Source: Candidatus Hydrothermales bacterium
GTDB lineage: Bacteria > Hydrothermota > Hydrothermia > Hydrothermales > JAJRUZ01
Direction: 5' to 3'
Length of the DNA stretch: 64,000 nucleotides
NCBI GenBank assembly: GCA_039630575.1
Contig: JBCNUW010000008.1
Location: 1 to 64,000, forward strand
The first letter of the stretch is position 1; the number at the start of each line of letters is the position of its first letter. A program made the position numbers and the translations under genes. The notes under the pieces are model-generated. The model did no database searches and was not told the origin of the DNA. It worked only from the letters and a program-made list of their open reading frames with translations. Positions 1 through 9,499 of this stretch are shown here, in pieces.

Positions 1-1057
1 TGATTTCCTTGTAAAGTTCAATAAATTTTTCATAGACAAAATCAACATCCATATTTTTCATACATTTAAAATTAATGTTTTTAACACACCTTAAAGGTTT
101 TGGAGAATAGAAAAAGCAGGGTGAACAGTCAAGATTTAAAAAACAAACTCTATGTTTCACACCAAAGGGGAAAAGCTTGTAGGGAGATGTGGGACCAAAA
201 AGGGCAAGAACTGGTACACCACAAGCTGCTGCAAGATGCATAAGCCCTGAATCGTTAGAAATAAACATTTTACATTGTTTAATCAGAGCGGCTACTTCTC
301 TTATTTTTTTATTAACTATTAAAATTTTTTCCTCCAAATTTCTTTGAAGAAACTCATTAACATCAGCATCATCTTTAGAACCAAAAATTATAAAGAAGCT
401 GCTTTCTATTTTCTTTTTTATCTTCTTAAAAAGTTCAATGAAATTTCTTTCTGGCCACCTTTTCCCAGTATGCCCTTTAAATACACTTGAACCGGCATGA
501 ACTCCTATTAAGAATTTATCGTTTATACCCTTTTCTTTTAAAAAATTCTTTGCTAATTTTAACTCTTCATCCCTTAAATAAATTGAAAGTGGAGGAACAC
601 TTTTAATTTCAATTTTAAAAAACTCCCTCAAAAGTCTTACGTTTTCTAAAACATTATGAGTTCCCTTTTCCTCCATAATCTTTTTATTTTTTAAAAAATT
701 TAGTTCAATAAAATTCATATGTTGGTAAGTATGACCGATTCTTGACTTAGAACCCGTCAGAAAGGAAAAAATGTTATATTCTTTCCTGTTTGTTGGATAA
801 AAGTTAATAACATGGTCATAATTTCTAAATCTTATGGTTTTAAAAATATATAAAAGTCCCTTTAACCTATTCTCTAAAAGAGGGTAATAAATAAGATTAT
901 CAATAAAGGGATTATAAAGTAAAACATCCCTTGTGGAACTAAAAATTGTAAAAACATCTAATTCTACTTCTTTTATATTTTCTTTTAAAAGTTTTAATGC
1001 AGGGGTCATCATTAAGGTATCGCCAATACCGAAAAGTGGACTGATCAAAATTTTCAC
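1..1057 (-). CDS. Glycosyltransferase family 9 (LPS heptosyltransferase-like), 3' end runs off window
   Basis: Not in ORF track. Reverse strand from GTG at 1057 reads MKILISPLFGIGDTLMMTPALKLLK... (GT9 G-I-G-D motif); later SNDSGLMHLAAACGVPVLALFGPT, typical GT9 C-terminal motif; same frame is open at the window edge. Confidence 0.85.
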   Translation of the reverse strand, partial: MKILISPLFGIGDTLMMTPALKLLKENIKEVELDVFTIFSSTRDVLLYNPFIDNLIYYPLLENRLKGLLYIFKTIRFRNYDHVINFYPTNRKEYNIFSFLTGSKSRIGHTYQHMNFIELNFLKNKKIMEEKGTHNVLENVRLLREFFKIEIKSVPPLSIYLRDEELKLAKNFLKEKGINDKFLIGVHAGSSVFKGHTGKRWPERNFIELFKKIKKKIESSFFIIFGSKDDADVNEFLQRNLEEKILIVNKKIREVAALIKQCKMFISNDSGLMHLAAACGVPVLALFGPTSPYKLFPFGVKHRVCFLNLDCSPCFFYSPKPLRCVKNINFKCMKNMDVDFVYEKFIELYKEI

Positions 1058-1078
1058 AATGAATTATAATTTATTTTG

Positions 1079-1108
1079 TTGAAAGATTTAAAAAAAATTT
1101 TTTAAAAT
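1079..1108 (+). promoter_or_regulatory. Putative sigma70 promoter TTGAAA-N18-TAAAAT, 8 nt before ATG 1117
   Basis: Consensus-like hexamers in divergent intergenic region; opposite strand TATAAT (1063-1068) lies 5 nt before GTG 1057. Confidence 0.5.
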
Positions 1109-1116
1109 AAAATGCC

Positions 1117-2112
1117 ATGAATAGAGTATTCATATTTGGTTTTGGTGAAATTGCTAAATTAGTATTAAAAAACATTCAAAATAAAGAAGGTGTTAAATTA
1201 TCCGGTGTAATCGATATTGATCCAGAAAAAGTTGGAAAATCAGTAGCTGAAATAACAGGTTCAAATAAGTTCTCTGAGATTATTGTTGAAAAAGACGTTG
1301 AAAAGGTCCTCGGAAGATATAAAGATGGAATAGTTCTTCATCTTACAGGTTCCTATGTTAAAGATGTGATAGATCAATATATGCTTATACTTGATATGGG
1401 ACATCACATAATAACCACTACCGAAGAAATGACTGATCCATTTTTAAGAAATCCTGAACTTGCGAAGAAAATTGAAAGCAAAGCAAAAAGAAAAAAGAAA
1501 ACTTTACTCCCTACTGGTGTTAATCCTGGATTTGTTATGGATTTTCTTCCTGCATTCTTCTCAGGTGTATTTGAAGAGATTAATTCAATAAAAGTTGAAA
1601 GAATAAATAATGCCAGTAAAAGAAGGTATCCCCTTCAAAAGAAAATTGGGTCAAGCCTAAAAAAAGAAGAATTTTATGAAAAATGGGAAAAAAGAGAAAT
1701 TGGACATGTTGGACTTGCTGAATCCGGTTCAATTTTGGCTAAAACACTTTCACTTAAAATTAAAAATTTAATAGAAACCTGTAATCCTAAAATAGCAAAA
1801 GAATTTATAAAAACAGAATACTTTGAAGTAAAACCTGGGGAAGTATGTGGAATACTTCATGAGGTAAATGTTGAAACTGAAGAAAATATAAAAATAAATC
1901 TTTTCCTTGAAATGAGTCTCGATGCAGAAAATCCCGTTGATAGAATATCTTTAATAGGTAATCCTTCTCTTACAATGGAAGTAAAAGGAGGAATTCCAGG
2001 AGATGAAGCAACAGCTTCAATAGTTACTAATTGGATAAAAAAGGTAAAGGATCTACCACCAGGTATTATTACAATTGACAGACTTTTCTTTAGTAGATAC
2101 TTTAAAAGTTAA
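1117..2112 (+). CDS. NAD(P)-dependent amine dehydrogenase, 2,4-diaminopentanoate dehydrogenase (Ord)/DapB-like family
   Basis: N-terminal Rossmann GFGEIA; TTEEM and TGVNPGF motifs; C-terminal GGIPGDEAT. Confidence 0.7.
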   Translation: MNRVFIFGFGEIAKLVLKNIQNKEGVKLSGVIDIDPEKVGKSVAEITGSNKFSEIIVEKDVEKVLGRYKDGIVLHLTGSYVKDVIDQYMLILDMGHHIITTTEEMTDPFLRNPELAKKIESKAKRKKKTLLPTGVNPGFVMDFLPAFFSGVFEEINSIKVERINNASKRRYPLQKKIGSSLKKEEFYEKWEKREIGHVGLAESGSILAKTLSLKIKNLIETCNPKIAKEFIKTEYFEVKPGEVCGILHEVNVETEENIKINLFLEMSLDAENPVDRISLIGNPSLTMEVKGGIPGDEATASIVTNWIKKVKDLPPGIITIDRLFFSRYFKS

Positions 2113-3037
2113 CCCTCCTACCCCTAAATAAAAGGAAAAGGAAAAAAGGAACCCCTAAAAGGGAAGTAAAAACCCCAACTGGAATCTCTGCACCCCTTAG
2201 AAGTAATCGTGAAAAGTTATCACATAACAAAAGAATGATCGCTCCAATAATTGTTACGGGAAAAAAAATTCTTATATGTTTCCCTGAGCCCTCAATCATT
2301 CTACCAATATGTGGTACAATAAGTCCTACAAAACCTATGATTCCTGTCATAGAAACTACTACACCAGTTGCAAAGGCGATTAAGAGAGAAAGGTAGATTC
2401 TCTCAAATTTTAAATTTATACCCATAGAAATACTTTCTTCATCAGACAGTAAAAGTAAATCATATTTATTTAAGTTGAAAATTAGAACAAAAAGAAAAAA
2501 AGAAAAAGAAAAAAATATTATAATAAACTCCCTCCATTCAACAAATGAAAAGGAACCGAAAAACCAAAAGAAAATTTTTATTCTTTCTGAAGGAGAAGTA
2601 AAAATCAGAAAGGAAAGTAAACTTGATAAAAGCAATGATAAAGCAATCCCCGATAAAAGAAGTATTTCTCTTGGTAAAAATCCGTTTCTTATTGAAATTA
2701 AAATTACAAGAATAACGGTTATTTGAGAAAAAAGAAAAGCTAAAACTTGATTTTTATAGGGGATTGATGGCAAAAAAGTATCAGCAATAAATGCCCCAAG
2801 TGCAGCACCTGATGAAATCCCAAGTAAATAGGGTTCAGCAATCGGATTTCTAAATAAAGTTTGAGTTAAAAGTCCTGAAAGTCCTAATAACGAACCTGAA
2901 AAAATCACTGTTAAGATTCGTGGTAACCTTATATTTAAAATTACATCTTTTTCTATTACTTTTGCAGGACCAATAAATAGTGAAAAGATAAAAAGTGTAA
3001 ACAAAATTAAAAATAAAAGTAAATTACTCCTAATCAA
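2102..3037 (-). CDS. btuC: Cobalamin/Fe-siderophore ABC transporter permease (FecCD/BtuC family)
   Basis: RLPR, FRNPIAEPYLLGISSGA, GIIGFVGLIVPH, EIPVGVFTSLLGVPFF motifs; downstream of B12 riboswitch. Confidence 0.85.
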   Translation of the reverse strand: MIRSNLLLFLILFTLFIFSLFIGPAKVIEKDVILNIRLPRILTVIFSGSLLGLSGLLTQTLFRNPIAEPYLLGISSGAALGAFIADTFLPSIPYKNQVLAFLFSQITVILVILISIRNGFLPREILLLSGIALSLLLSSLLSFLIFTSPSERIKIFFWFFGSFSFVEWREFIIIFFSFSFFLFVLIFNLNKYDLLLLSDEESISMGINLKFERIYLSLLIAFATGVVVSMTGIIGFVGLIVPHIGRMIEGSGKHIRIFFPVTIIGAIILLLCDNFSRLLLRGAEIPVGVFTSLLGVPFFLFLLFRGRRVNF

Positions 3038-3800
3038 TCTGCGATAAAAACTTTAAACCTTTAATCAGTAGAGGTGAAGGTCTTGAAAAGTGATCAGGAT
3101 CTTTAACCTCATAAATTTTTTTATCACGTGTGGCTTTCAATTTTTTTATAGGTGTATTTTTTACGAGTTCAAAGGAGTTTTTAAAATTAAAAATTATAAT
3201 ATCAGGTTGATCGTAAACTAACTTTTCAAGAGAAATTACTCCGTAACCATCAAAAAAATCAGAATAATTTTTAAATCCAACCCAGTTAATCAAATCACTT
3301 ATAAAAGTTTTTCTACCAGGACAAAAAACTCCATTTGTTAAATCAAGAACAAACAAAACTTTTTTCTTCTCTTTGGTATCTTTGTAAATAAATAAAGTAT
3401 CAAGAAAAACTTTAAGTTTTCTTAGAGAAAGCTCCTCTACTTTAAACTCCTTGCCAAGAATAAGATAAGTTTCAATCACATCAAGAATACTTTCATATTT
3501 TATATCAAAGACCTTTATTCCTCTTTTTTTAAAAAAAATTAATTCCTCCTCTTTAACAAGACCTGCAGAGATTATATGGGTTGGTTTCAGTTCGTATATT
3601 TTTTCCTTTGAAACTCTAAGTGAGGATGAAAGAACAATATCTGCCTTTATATAATCAGGATCTAAATAGGTTTTTCCAACAACATAATCAGATAAATTTA
3701 GTTCTATCAGAAAATCAGTTACACTTGGAGCAAGAGAAATAATTTTAGGACTAAATAAAAATAAAAATAAAAAACTAAAAGTTTGATTCAGCAAAAACAT
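3030..3800 (-). CDS. btuF: Periplasmic binding protein, helical-backbone (BtuF-like)
   Basis: KIISLAPSVTD start motif, TFISDLI, SRPSP; operon context. Confidence 0.8.
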   Translation of the reverse strand: MFLLNQTFSFLFLFLFSPKIISLAPSVTDFLIELNLSDYVVGKTYLDPDYIKADIVLSSSLRVSKEKIYELKPTHIISAGLVKEEELIFFKKRGIKVFDIKYESILDVIETYLILGKEFKVEELSLRKLKVFLDTLFIYKDTKEKKKVLFVLDLTNGVFCPGRKTFISDLINWVGFKNYSDFFDGYGVISLEKLVYDQPDIIIFNFKNSFELVKNTPIKKLKATRDKKIYEVKDPDHFSRPSPLLIKGLKFLSQID

Positions 3801-5520
3801 AAACTCTTCTTCTTTCTATTGGATATCCTATTTGAATTTCATAGAACCTGTTGTCAAGATTTGTAACAATTAGTGAGATATTTAAATTTTTACCTACATT
3901 ATAGTAAAAGGATAAATCGTTAAAATGGGCAGATTTTACTTCCTCTTTTGAAAAATTAGGTGTTAATGACATATGGGAACCCAAAAACCTGATTCTATAG
4001 TTAAAAGTAAAATCTTTAAAAGAGAAACCTGTTAAAAAAGTTAAAGTATAAGTTGGAACAATTAATAAATTTTCGCTTTTACCCATCTCTATTTTTTTCC
4101 TCTCTCTAAACAAAATGAAATTGATACTTACAAGAAAGTTTTGTAATTCATAATTTAAAAGACTTTCAAGTCCTTGTATTTTAATTTTTTCTATATTTTG
4201 AGGAGTGTATATAAAATCTTTATCAGGACTCCATATAATTCCCTTATCAAGCTCTCTTTTAAAATAGGAAAGTACAAATAATAAATTACTACTTAAAGCT
4301 TTCAAACCTCCTTCAATTTCTCTTGAAACTTCTGGTTCTAAGTCAGGATTACCCTTAGCCCATCCATCAAAGGGATAATAAAGATCTAATAAAGTAGGAA
4401 CTCTAAACCCCTTTGAATAATTGAAATAAATAGATCCTTCCTCAGATAAGATTAATAATCCTCCCCTGTATACAAATGGTCCTTTTGTTTTAAAAACACC
4501 TTTTAGCTCTCTTCCACCCTCAAAATATGGAACAATCTGGTTTAAAAATATCTCCGATGTAAAATAGGGATAAAGTCTTTCATCTTTAGGATCTATATTC
4601 TCAAAACCATTTCCCTTTAAATATTCTCTCTCATATTCAAAACCCGCTCTTACTTTAAAATTTTCAGTATTTAAAAAAATATCTCCCAAAAATCTGCTTG
4701 ATACATTCCATTGTTTTGAACTTGACTTGGAAAAAATTGATTCAATTTCATCTTTTTTATACTGATATCCCAAGTTTAAATATTCATTTTTAAATCCTAT
4801 ACCTGTAAGAATAGTCTCATCGTTCTGTCTGACTGTATCATTAATAGGATTTCCTATGTTGTTCCTTGAATAAAAGAGTATGGATTTTAAATTTTTATAC
4901 TCATAAAGATTTATGAATCTCGAAAAGTGGCTGTCTTTGTTTTGAAGATAAGGAATAGGAGGAATTGAAGTGTAAGCTGTGTAATAAAAATAGGAATAAT
5001 TTAAACCTGCTTGTCCAGAAAAAAATGTTGTTCTTAAGTTTCCTGCTCCTCCCTTTATATTAAAACCTTTTTTTCTTTCTAATTTGAAATTGACAACACC
5101 ACCTAAAGCATTATCACCGTATAAAGATGAACAAGAAGAGAGGATTTCAACTCTTGAAAGAGGTAAGCCTGAAAGTAGAGATAAGTTGAAACTTCCAGAT
5201 GTTCTTGAATTTAATTTGAAACCTTCTATGTAAACACCTGTTCTAAGAGAGGAAAAACCTCTAAAGAGACCTGTTTGTAGGTAACCTGGGAGTCCATAGC
5301 TGTTTACAAAAAGTGAAGGACTATAGGAAAGGTTTAAAAAGTATGGATCGAATTTAAAAGTAGATAGGAGGATCGAATCTATCATATATGATGTACCTTT
5401 TGAAGTTATAAAACTTTCAGGATATTTTGCAGAAACTTCTATTGGTGGAACTATGTATGGTTGCTCCCTGTGAAAATAAGAAGTTTGGTTTATGATAAAT
5501 ATAAAAATTATTTTAAACAT
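3775..5520 (-). CDS. btuB: TonB-dependent outer-membrane receptor, likely cobalamin (BtuB-like)
   Basis: Plug motif RVEIL..SSLYGDNALGGVVNF, FRVPTLLDLY, GNPDLEPE, terminal Phe; directly under B12 riboswitch. Confidence 0.8.
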   Translation of the reverse strand: MFKIIFIFIINQTSYFHREQPYIVPPIEVSAKYPESFITSKGTSYMIDSILLSTFKFDPYFLNLSYSPSLFVNSYGLPGYLQTGLFRGFSSLRTGVYIEGFKLNSRTSGSFNLSLLSGLPLSRVEILSSCSSLYGDNALGGVVNFKLERKKGFNIKGGAGNLRTTFFSGQAGLNYSYFYYTAYTSIPPIPYLQNKDSHFSRFINLYEYKNLKSILFYSRNNIGNPINDTVRQNDETILTGIGFKNEYLNLGYQYKKDEIESIFSKSSSKQWNVSSRFLGDIFLNTENFKVRAGFEYEREYLKGNGFENIDPKDERLYPYFTSEIFLNQIVPYFEGGRELKGVFKTKGPFVYRGGLLILSEEGSIYFNYSKGFRVPTLLDLYYPFDGWAKGNPDLEPEVSREIEGGLKALSSNLLFVLSYFKRELDKGIIWSPDKDFIYTPQNIEKIKIQGLESLLNYELQNFLVSINFILFRERKKIEMGKSENLLIVPTYTLTFLTGFSFKDFTFNYRIRFLGSHMSLTPNFSKEEVKSAHFNDLSFYYNVGKNLNISLIVTNLDNRFYEIQIGYPIERRRVYVFAESNF

Positions 5521-5528
5521 ATTTTTTT

Positions 5529-5560
5529 AAAAGGGTCCCCAGGTTGGGGATATAACCCTT
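5529..5560 (-). terminator. Riboswitch-controlled intrinsic terminator candidate
   Basis: Minus strand AAGGG-TTATA-TCCCC-AACCT-GGGGA-CCCTTTT: GC stem followed by a short U tract, 8 nt before btuB ATG. Confidence 0.55.
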
Positions 5561-5561
5561 A

Positions 5562-5785
5562 GCCCTTAACCCCGGGGCATTTAAAAGGTTGGGTCGGTCT
5601 CCCGACTTAAGACCTTCATGGAAGTGTTTTCCACCTTCCCAGGAAAAAAGCTTTAACCCTTGATGGGTTGAAACCCTTTTTCCCAGTGGCGGGCTATGCC
5701 CTGAAAACACTTCCTTAACCGGTCTATTACGGTCGCGGGGACGGTGTGGGACTTGCACCCACTTCCCGGCACCCAACCCTTTTTA
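5562..5785 (-). ncRNA. Cobalamin (AdoCbl-class) riboswitch
   Basis: Minus strand: GGGAA, P4 GTGGG-TGCAAGT-CCCAC T-loop, CCCCGCGACCGTAA, GCCACTGGGAA...GGGAAGG, B12 box AAGTCGGGAGACCGACC; P1 AAAGGGTTGGG/CCCAACCTTTT; P13 GCCC-CGGGGTTAA-GGGC whose loop complements L5 CCCCG; GC-rich island in AT-rich DNA upstream of btuB. Confidence 0.95.
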
Positions 5786-5790
5786 GTTTA

Positions 5791-5819
5791 ATTATAAAAA
5801 AAAAACTTAAAAATTTCAA
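5791..5819 (-). promoter_or_regulatory. sigma70 promoter TTGAAA-N17-TATAAT for riboswitch-btu operon
   Basis: Near-consensus hexamers ending ~6 nt before riboswitch P1. Confidence 0.7.
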
Positions 5820-5820
5820 C

Positions 5821-6396
5821 TCATTTATTTTTGAAATTATTAAAATAAACAATCTCTGATAATTTTTTCCTTGCTTTAAATTTTATTTTTATAATATCCT
5901 CCTCTTTATAAATATTGTCAGGATAACCAATAGCAATCAAAAGAGGAACTTTAAAGTTTTCTGGAATGTTTAAAATTTTTTTTATTCCTTTTTCATTAAA
6001 ATACCCAATATAACATGTTCCAAGTCCTAATTCCTGTGCCTGTAAAACTAAATGCTCACTTGCAATACCTATATCGATGAGATAATACTGAGTTCCTACA
6101 ATCCTACCCCCTAACCTTGCTATAAACTTTTCTTTATCCGCTGCTACTACAATTATACAGGGAACCTCAAAGAGAAACTTGTTAATAACACCGTATATTC
6201 CCTGTGTTGCTACCTCAGCAATTTTTTTAACTAATTTCTCATCATCTACCACAATAAACCTCCAAGGTTGTGAGTTACAAGCAGAAGGAGAAAGTCTTGC
6301 AGCATCTATACATTTCAAAATTTTTTCCCTTTCTACCTTGTGATCCTTAAATTTTCTACAGCTGAATCTTTTTAAACAAAGTTCATAAAAATTCAT
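5821..6396 (-). CDS. Nitroreductase family flavoprotein
   Basis: RFSCRKF, AARLSPSACNSQPWRFIVV, LGLGTCYIG, IAIGYP. Confidence 0.9.
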   Translation of the reverse strand: MNFYELCLKRFSCRKFKDHKVEREKILKCIDAARLSPSACNSQPWRFIVVDDEKLVKKIAEVATQGIYGVINKFLFEVPCIIVVAADKEKFIARLGGRIVGTQYYLIDIGIASEHLVLQAQELGLGTCYIGYFNEKGIKKILNIPENFKVPLLIAIGYPDNIYKEEDIIKIKFKARKKLSEIVYFNNFKNK

Positions 6397-7442
6397 TATC
6401 GTTCCAAAAGTAAAAAGAAATTTCCTATTCTTACATTTTTAAGACCTTTGCTTTTTGCTATCTCATAAAACCTATATGCTTCACTTTTATAATTTTTTCT
6501 TGCATCACTCATTTCAAAATGAGGCGCAAAGGCAAGTAAAGCATAGGGGATAGATGGATTTAACTTCGATATAAATTCCGATATGTTTGAAATTTCGTAC
6601 TCATCTATATAACCTGGAACCATAAGTGTTGAAACACATAAATGTTTTGATGATGAATCACTAAGATAACTTACAGCTAACTCTAAATTTTCAAAAACCC
6701 TTTTCCCATCATATCCTGTTAATGCAAAATATACTTCCCTTGAATAGGCCTTTATATCAAACTTTAAAATTCCTCCGCTTTCCTTTACAATCTCTAAAAC
6801 TTTTAAAAGTATTTTTTTATTCCACATTCCATTTGACTCATAACATATCACTTTACCATTTTTAATAGCCTCCTCAGAAAATTTTATTGAATGAATTGCC
6901 TGTGTTGTAGGATCACCACCAAAAAAACAAACACAAAAAACAGAAGGATTAAGTGCCTTTAATAACTCTACATATGAATAAGCTTTGTCTTTCCATGGTT
7001 TTCTATATCTAAAATGATAATTTTGGCAAAAAAGACAGTTTAAAGAGCAAGTTTCATAAAAAACAGCAAGGTTATACTTTCCATAAGCAGTATGTCCATT
7101 ACAAACCCAGTCAGCAACACAGTTTGTAGGAAGTGGATCATAGTAATATTGGAAAAAACCGTAATCGTTTTTAGAGTAATTAATAAATTTTTTATTTTTA
7201 TATGCTCTGAGCCCGCAGAATCCCCTCTCGTTTTCTAAAAGTGAACATTCCCTTGCACAGAGCTTACACTTAATTTTACTTTTACTAGTTGGAAAAGTTA
7301 GTTCAAATTTTTCCCTTGTTTTTTTATGAATAGAAATTAGTTCATCCCTTAAATTTTCAAAATTTTCTAAAAGACAATTTTTACAAATTCTTAAAATGTT
7401 GGTGAGATAATCAAAATTTTTGTTACAAACTTTACACTTCAT
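6396..7442 (-). CDS. Radical SAM protein (PFL-activase/AmmeMemoRadiSam-like)
   Basis: CSLNCLFC (CxxxCxxC), FFGGDP, ESNG, extra N-terminal Cys clusters. Confidence 0.85.
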   Translation of the reverse strand: MKCKVCNKNFDYLTNILRICKNCLLENFENLRDELISIHKKTREKFELTFPTSKSKIKCKLCARECSLLENERGFCGLRAYKNKKFINYSKNDYGFFQYYYDPLPTNCVADWVCNGHTAYGKYNLAVFYETCSLNCLFCQNYHFRYRKPWKDKAYSYVELLKALNPSVFCVCFFGGDPTTQAIHSIKFSEEAIKNGKVICYESNGMWNKKILLKVLEIVKESGGILKFDIKAYSREVYFALTGYDGKRVFENLELAVSYLSDSSSKHLCVSTLMVPGYIDEYEISNISEFISKLNPSIPYALLAFAPHFEMSDARKNYKSEAYRFYEIAKSKGLKNVRIGNFFLLLER

Positions 7443-8167
7443 AGGTATTTTTCCACTAACTCTATATCTTCTTTTCTATCCACAGGAATTGTATCTTTTT
7501 CTGCAAAAACGCAATAAATTGGTATTCCGTTTTCAAGTAATCTCAGCTGTTCAAGTTTTTCTATATTTTCAAGATAACTTTCTTTTAAACTTACAAATTT
7601 TTTCAAAATGTCTTTTTTATATATATATACTCCGATATGCTTTAAATAAAACTCAGGCTCATTGTCTCTTCCATAGGGAATTTTAGATCTTGAAAAATAT
7701 AAGGCTTTGTTTTCTTTGTCTATTACCACTTTAACTATATTTGAATTTTCTACATTTTCTCTTGTTTTGTAAACTAAGGTTGCACAGGGGAATCTATTTT
7801 TTACTGTTTCATTAACAAGTTTTATAAGATCTCCCTCAAAAATTAACGGTTCGTCTCCTTGGAGATTTAAAATGTAATCGTAATCCATATTTTTTGTTGC
7901 ATGGTAAATTCTATCAGTTCCAGAAGGTAAATTACTATCTGTCATAACTACTTTAGCGTCAAAAAAAAGGCATTTTTCCCTTATTCTTTCGTCATCAGTA
8001 GCCACTACAATATTGACATTTTTCAAGAAATTTTTTAGTTCGTCTTTTGCTTTTTTGGCTTTAAGGTAAACCCATTCGATTAGGGGTTTATTTTTAATCA
8101 AAGCAAGTGGTTTACCTTCAAATCTTTTTGAGCCGTATCTTGATGGTATAGCAATTATTAACTTCAT
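7439..8167 (-). CDS. kdsB: 3-deoxy-manno-octulosonate cytidylyltransferase
   Basis: IPSRYGSKRFEGKPL, SGTDR, NLQGDEP, EKLEQLRLLE. Confidence 0.95.
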   Translation of the reverse strand: MKLIIAIPSRYGSKRFEGKPLALIKNKPLIEWVYLKAKKAKDELKNFLKNVNIVVATDDERIREKCLFFDAKVVMTDSNLPSGTDRIYHATKNMDYDYILNLQGDEPLIFEGDLIKLVNETVKNRFPCATLVYKTRENVENSNIVKVVIDKENKALYFSRSKIPYGRDNEPEFYLKHIGVYIYKKDILKKFVSLKESYLENIEKLEQLRLLENGIPIYCVFAEKDTIPVDRKEDIELVEKYL

Positions 8168-9498
8168 ATGTTTACATAAGAGCCGTCATGACAGGCATAA
8201 CATATTTCTTCTCCTAAGATTTCCTTTAGTCCATCCAATGTCATATATGTTAATGAATCAGCACCAATCTCCTTTGATACTTCTTTTTCTTCTTTAAATG
8301 AGGCAATAAGCTCTTCTCTGGTGGGTGTATCAATTCCGTAAAAACAGGAATACTTTATTGGTGGATAGGTTATACAAAGATGAACTTCCTTTGCTCCTTT
8401 CTCTTTGAGTATTTTTACCATTTTTGAGAGTGTAGTCCCCCTAACTATGCTATCATCAATTAAAATTATTCTTTTATGTTTTAAATTTTTTTCAATTGGT
8501 GTTAAGGTGTAAAAAACTTCTTTTTTTCTTATCTCTTCTGAAGGTTTTATAAAGTTTCTTCCTCCATATCTATGTTTTTCAAGCACATCGACAAGTGGAA
8601 TTTCAATTCCTCTTTCTTTTAGTCTTTTAAAAAAACCCTCTGCTGCTGCTCTTGAGGTTTCAGGAACTGGTGAAATTACTGTATCCTTAAATTCAAAAGT
8701 CTCACGATTTTTAAGGAAAACATCACAAAGCATTTTCCCTAATTCCTCTCTATACTCAAAAATCTGTTTACTTTTATACCTTGAAGTTGTTCTTGAAAAA
8801 TAAACAATTTCAAAGGAACAAAATTTATATTCTTTTGTATAAATTTTTTTTAACTTTATGTTCAAATCACTGTCCACAATTAAAAGTGTTCCCCTTTCGA
8901 CTTCTATAAAATCCTTGAAACCTAGCTTTTCAAGAGCAATCGTCTCTGAAGAAACAGATACTCTATTCTCATCAAAAGAATAAAAAAGTGGTCTTATGCC
9001 GTAGGGGTCACGAAGAGCAAATAAAAATTTATTTTTTAATATTCCAAGAAGTGAATACCCTCCCTTTAAATGTGAAAGAGATTCTTCAGAAAATTTTTCT
9101 ATATCTTTACTTTTTTGATAAATAGAAAAAAAGGCTATAATGTCTATTTCTGATTCAAAACCAGGATTTCCAAATTTTTCTAAAATTTCTGAAACATTTT
9201 TAATATGTCCATTATGAACCATACCTAAAGATTCATAAACAACAGGTTGAGCTTCCCTTTTTGTTTTTGTAGTGGGATATCTTGTTTGACCAATAAATCC
9301 CCTACCTTCGATTCCCTTTATTACTTCACTTTTAAAAACTTGATCTACAGTCCCTTGACCTTTTATAAGCTCTCCCTCGAAAGTATAAATTCCTGCTGCG
9401 TCTTGGCCTCTATGTTGAAGCATCTCAAGAGAAATATAGGCGATCTCACCTAAATCTTTTCTTTTCTTTTTTTCAAGGTATCCTATTATTCCACACAT
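8164..9498 (-). CDS. purF: Amidophosphoribosyltransferase
   Basis: N-terminal MCG, QHRGQD, HNG, RDPYGIRPL, DDSIVRGTT, FYGIDTP, Fe-S Cys ligands. Confidence 0.9.
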   Translation of the reverse strand: MCGIIGYLEKKKRKDLGEIAYISLEMLQHRGQDAAGIYTFEGELIKGQGTVDQVFKSEVIKGIEGRGFIGQTRYPTTKTKREAQPVVYESLGMVHNGHIKNVSEILEKFGNPGFESEIDIIAFFSIYQKSKDIEKFSEESLSHLKGGYSLLGILKNKFLFALRDPYGIRPLFYSFDENRVSVSSETIALEKLGFKDFIEVERGTLLIVDSDLNIKLKKIYTKEYKFCSFEIVYFSRTTSRYKSKQIFEYREELGKMLCDVFLKNRETFEFKDTVISPVPETSRAAAEGFFKRLKERGIEIPLVDVLEKHRYGGRNFIKPSEEIRKKEVFYTLTPIEKNLKHKRIILIDDSIVRGTTLSKMVKILKEKGAKEVHLCITYPPIKYSCFYGIDTPTREELIASFKEEKEVSKEIGADSLTYMTLDGLKEILGEEICYACHDGSYVNI

Positions 9499-9499
9499 A

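Noticed and set aside
5513..5776. 87-aa ORF upstream of btuB
   Set aside because: Coincides with the cobalamin riboswitch; GC-rich, atypical composition
5821..6396. Nitroreductase as BluB (DMB synthase) because of B12 proximity
   Set aside because: Lies upstream of the riboswitch promoter, so not riboswitch-controlled; only generic nitroreductase motifs recognised
8185..8199. CYACH (CxxCH) at the PurF C-terminus as a heme c site
   Set aside because: Cytoplasmic enzyme; these Cys are the known Fe-S ligands of B. subtilis-type PurF
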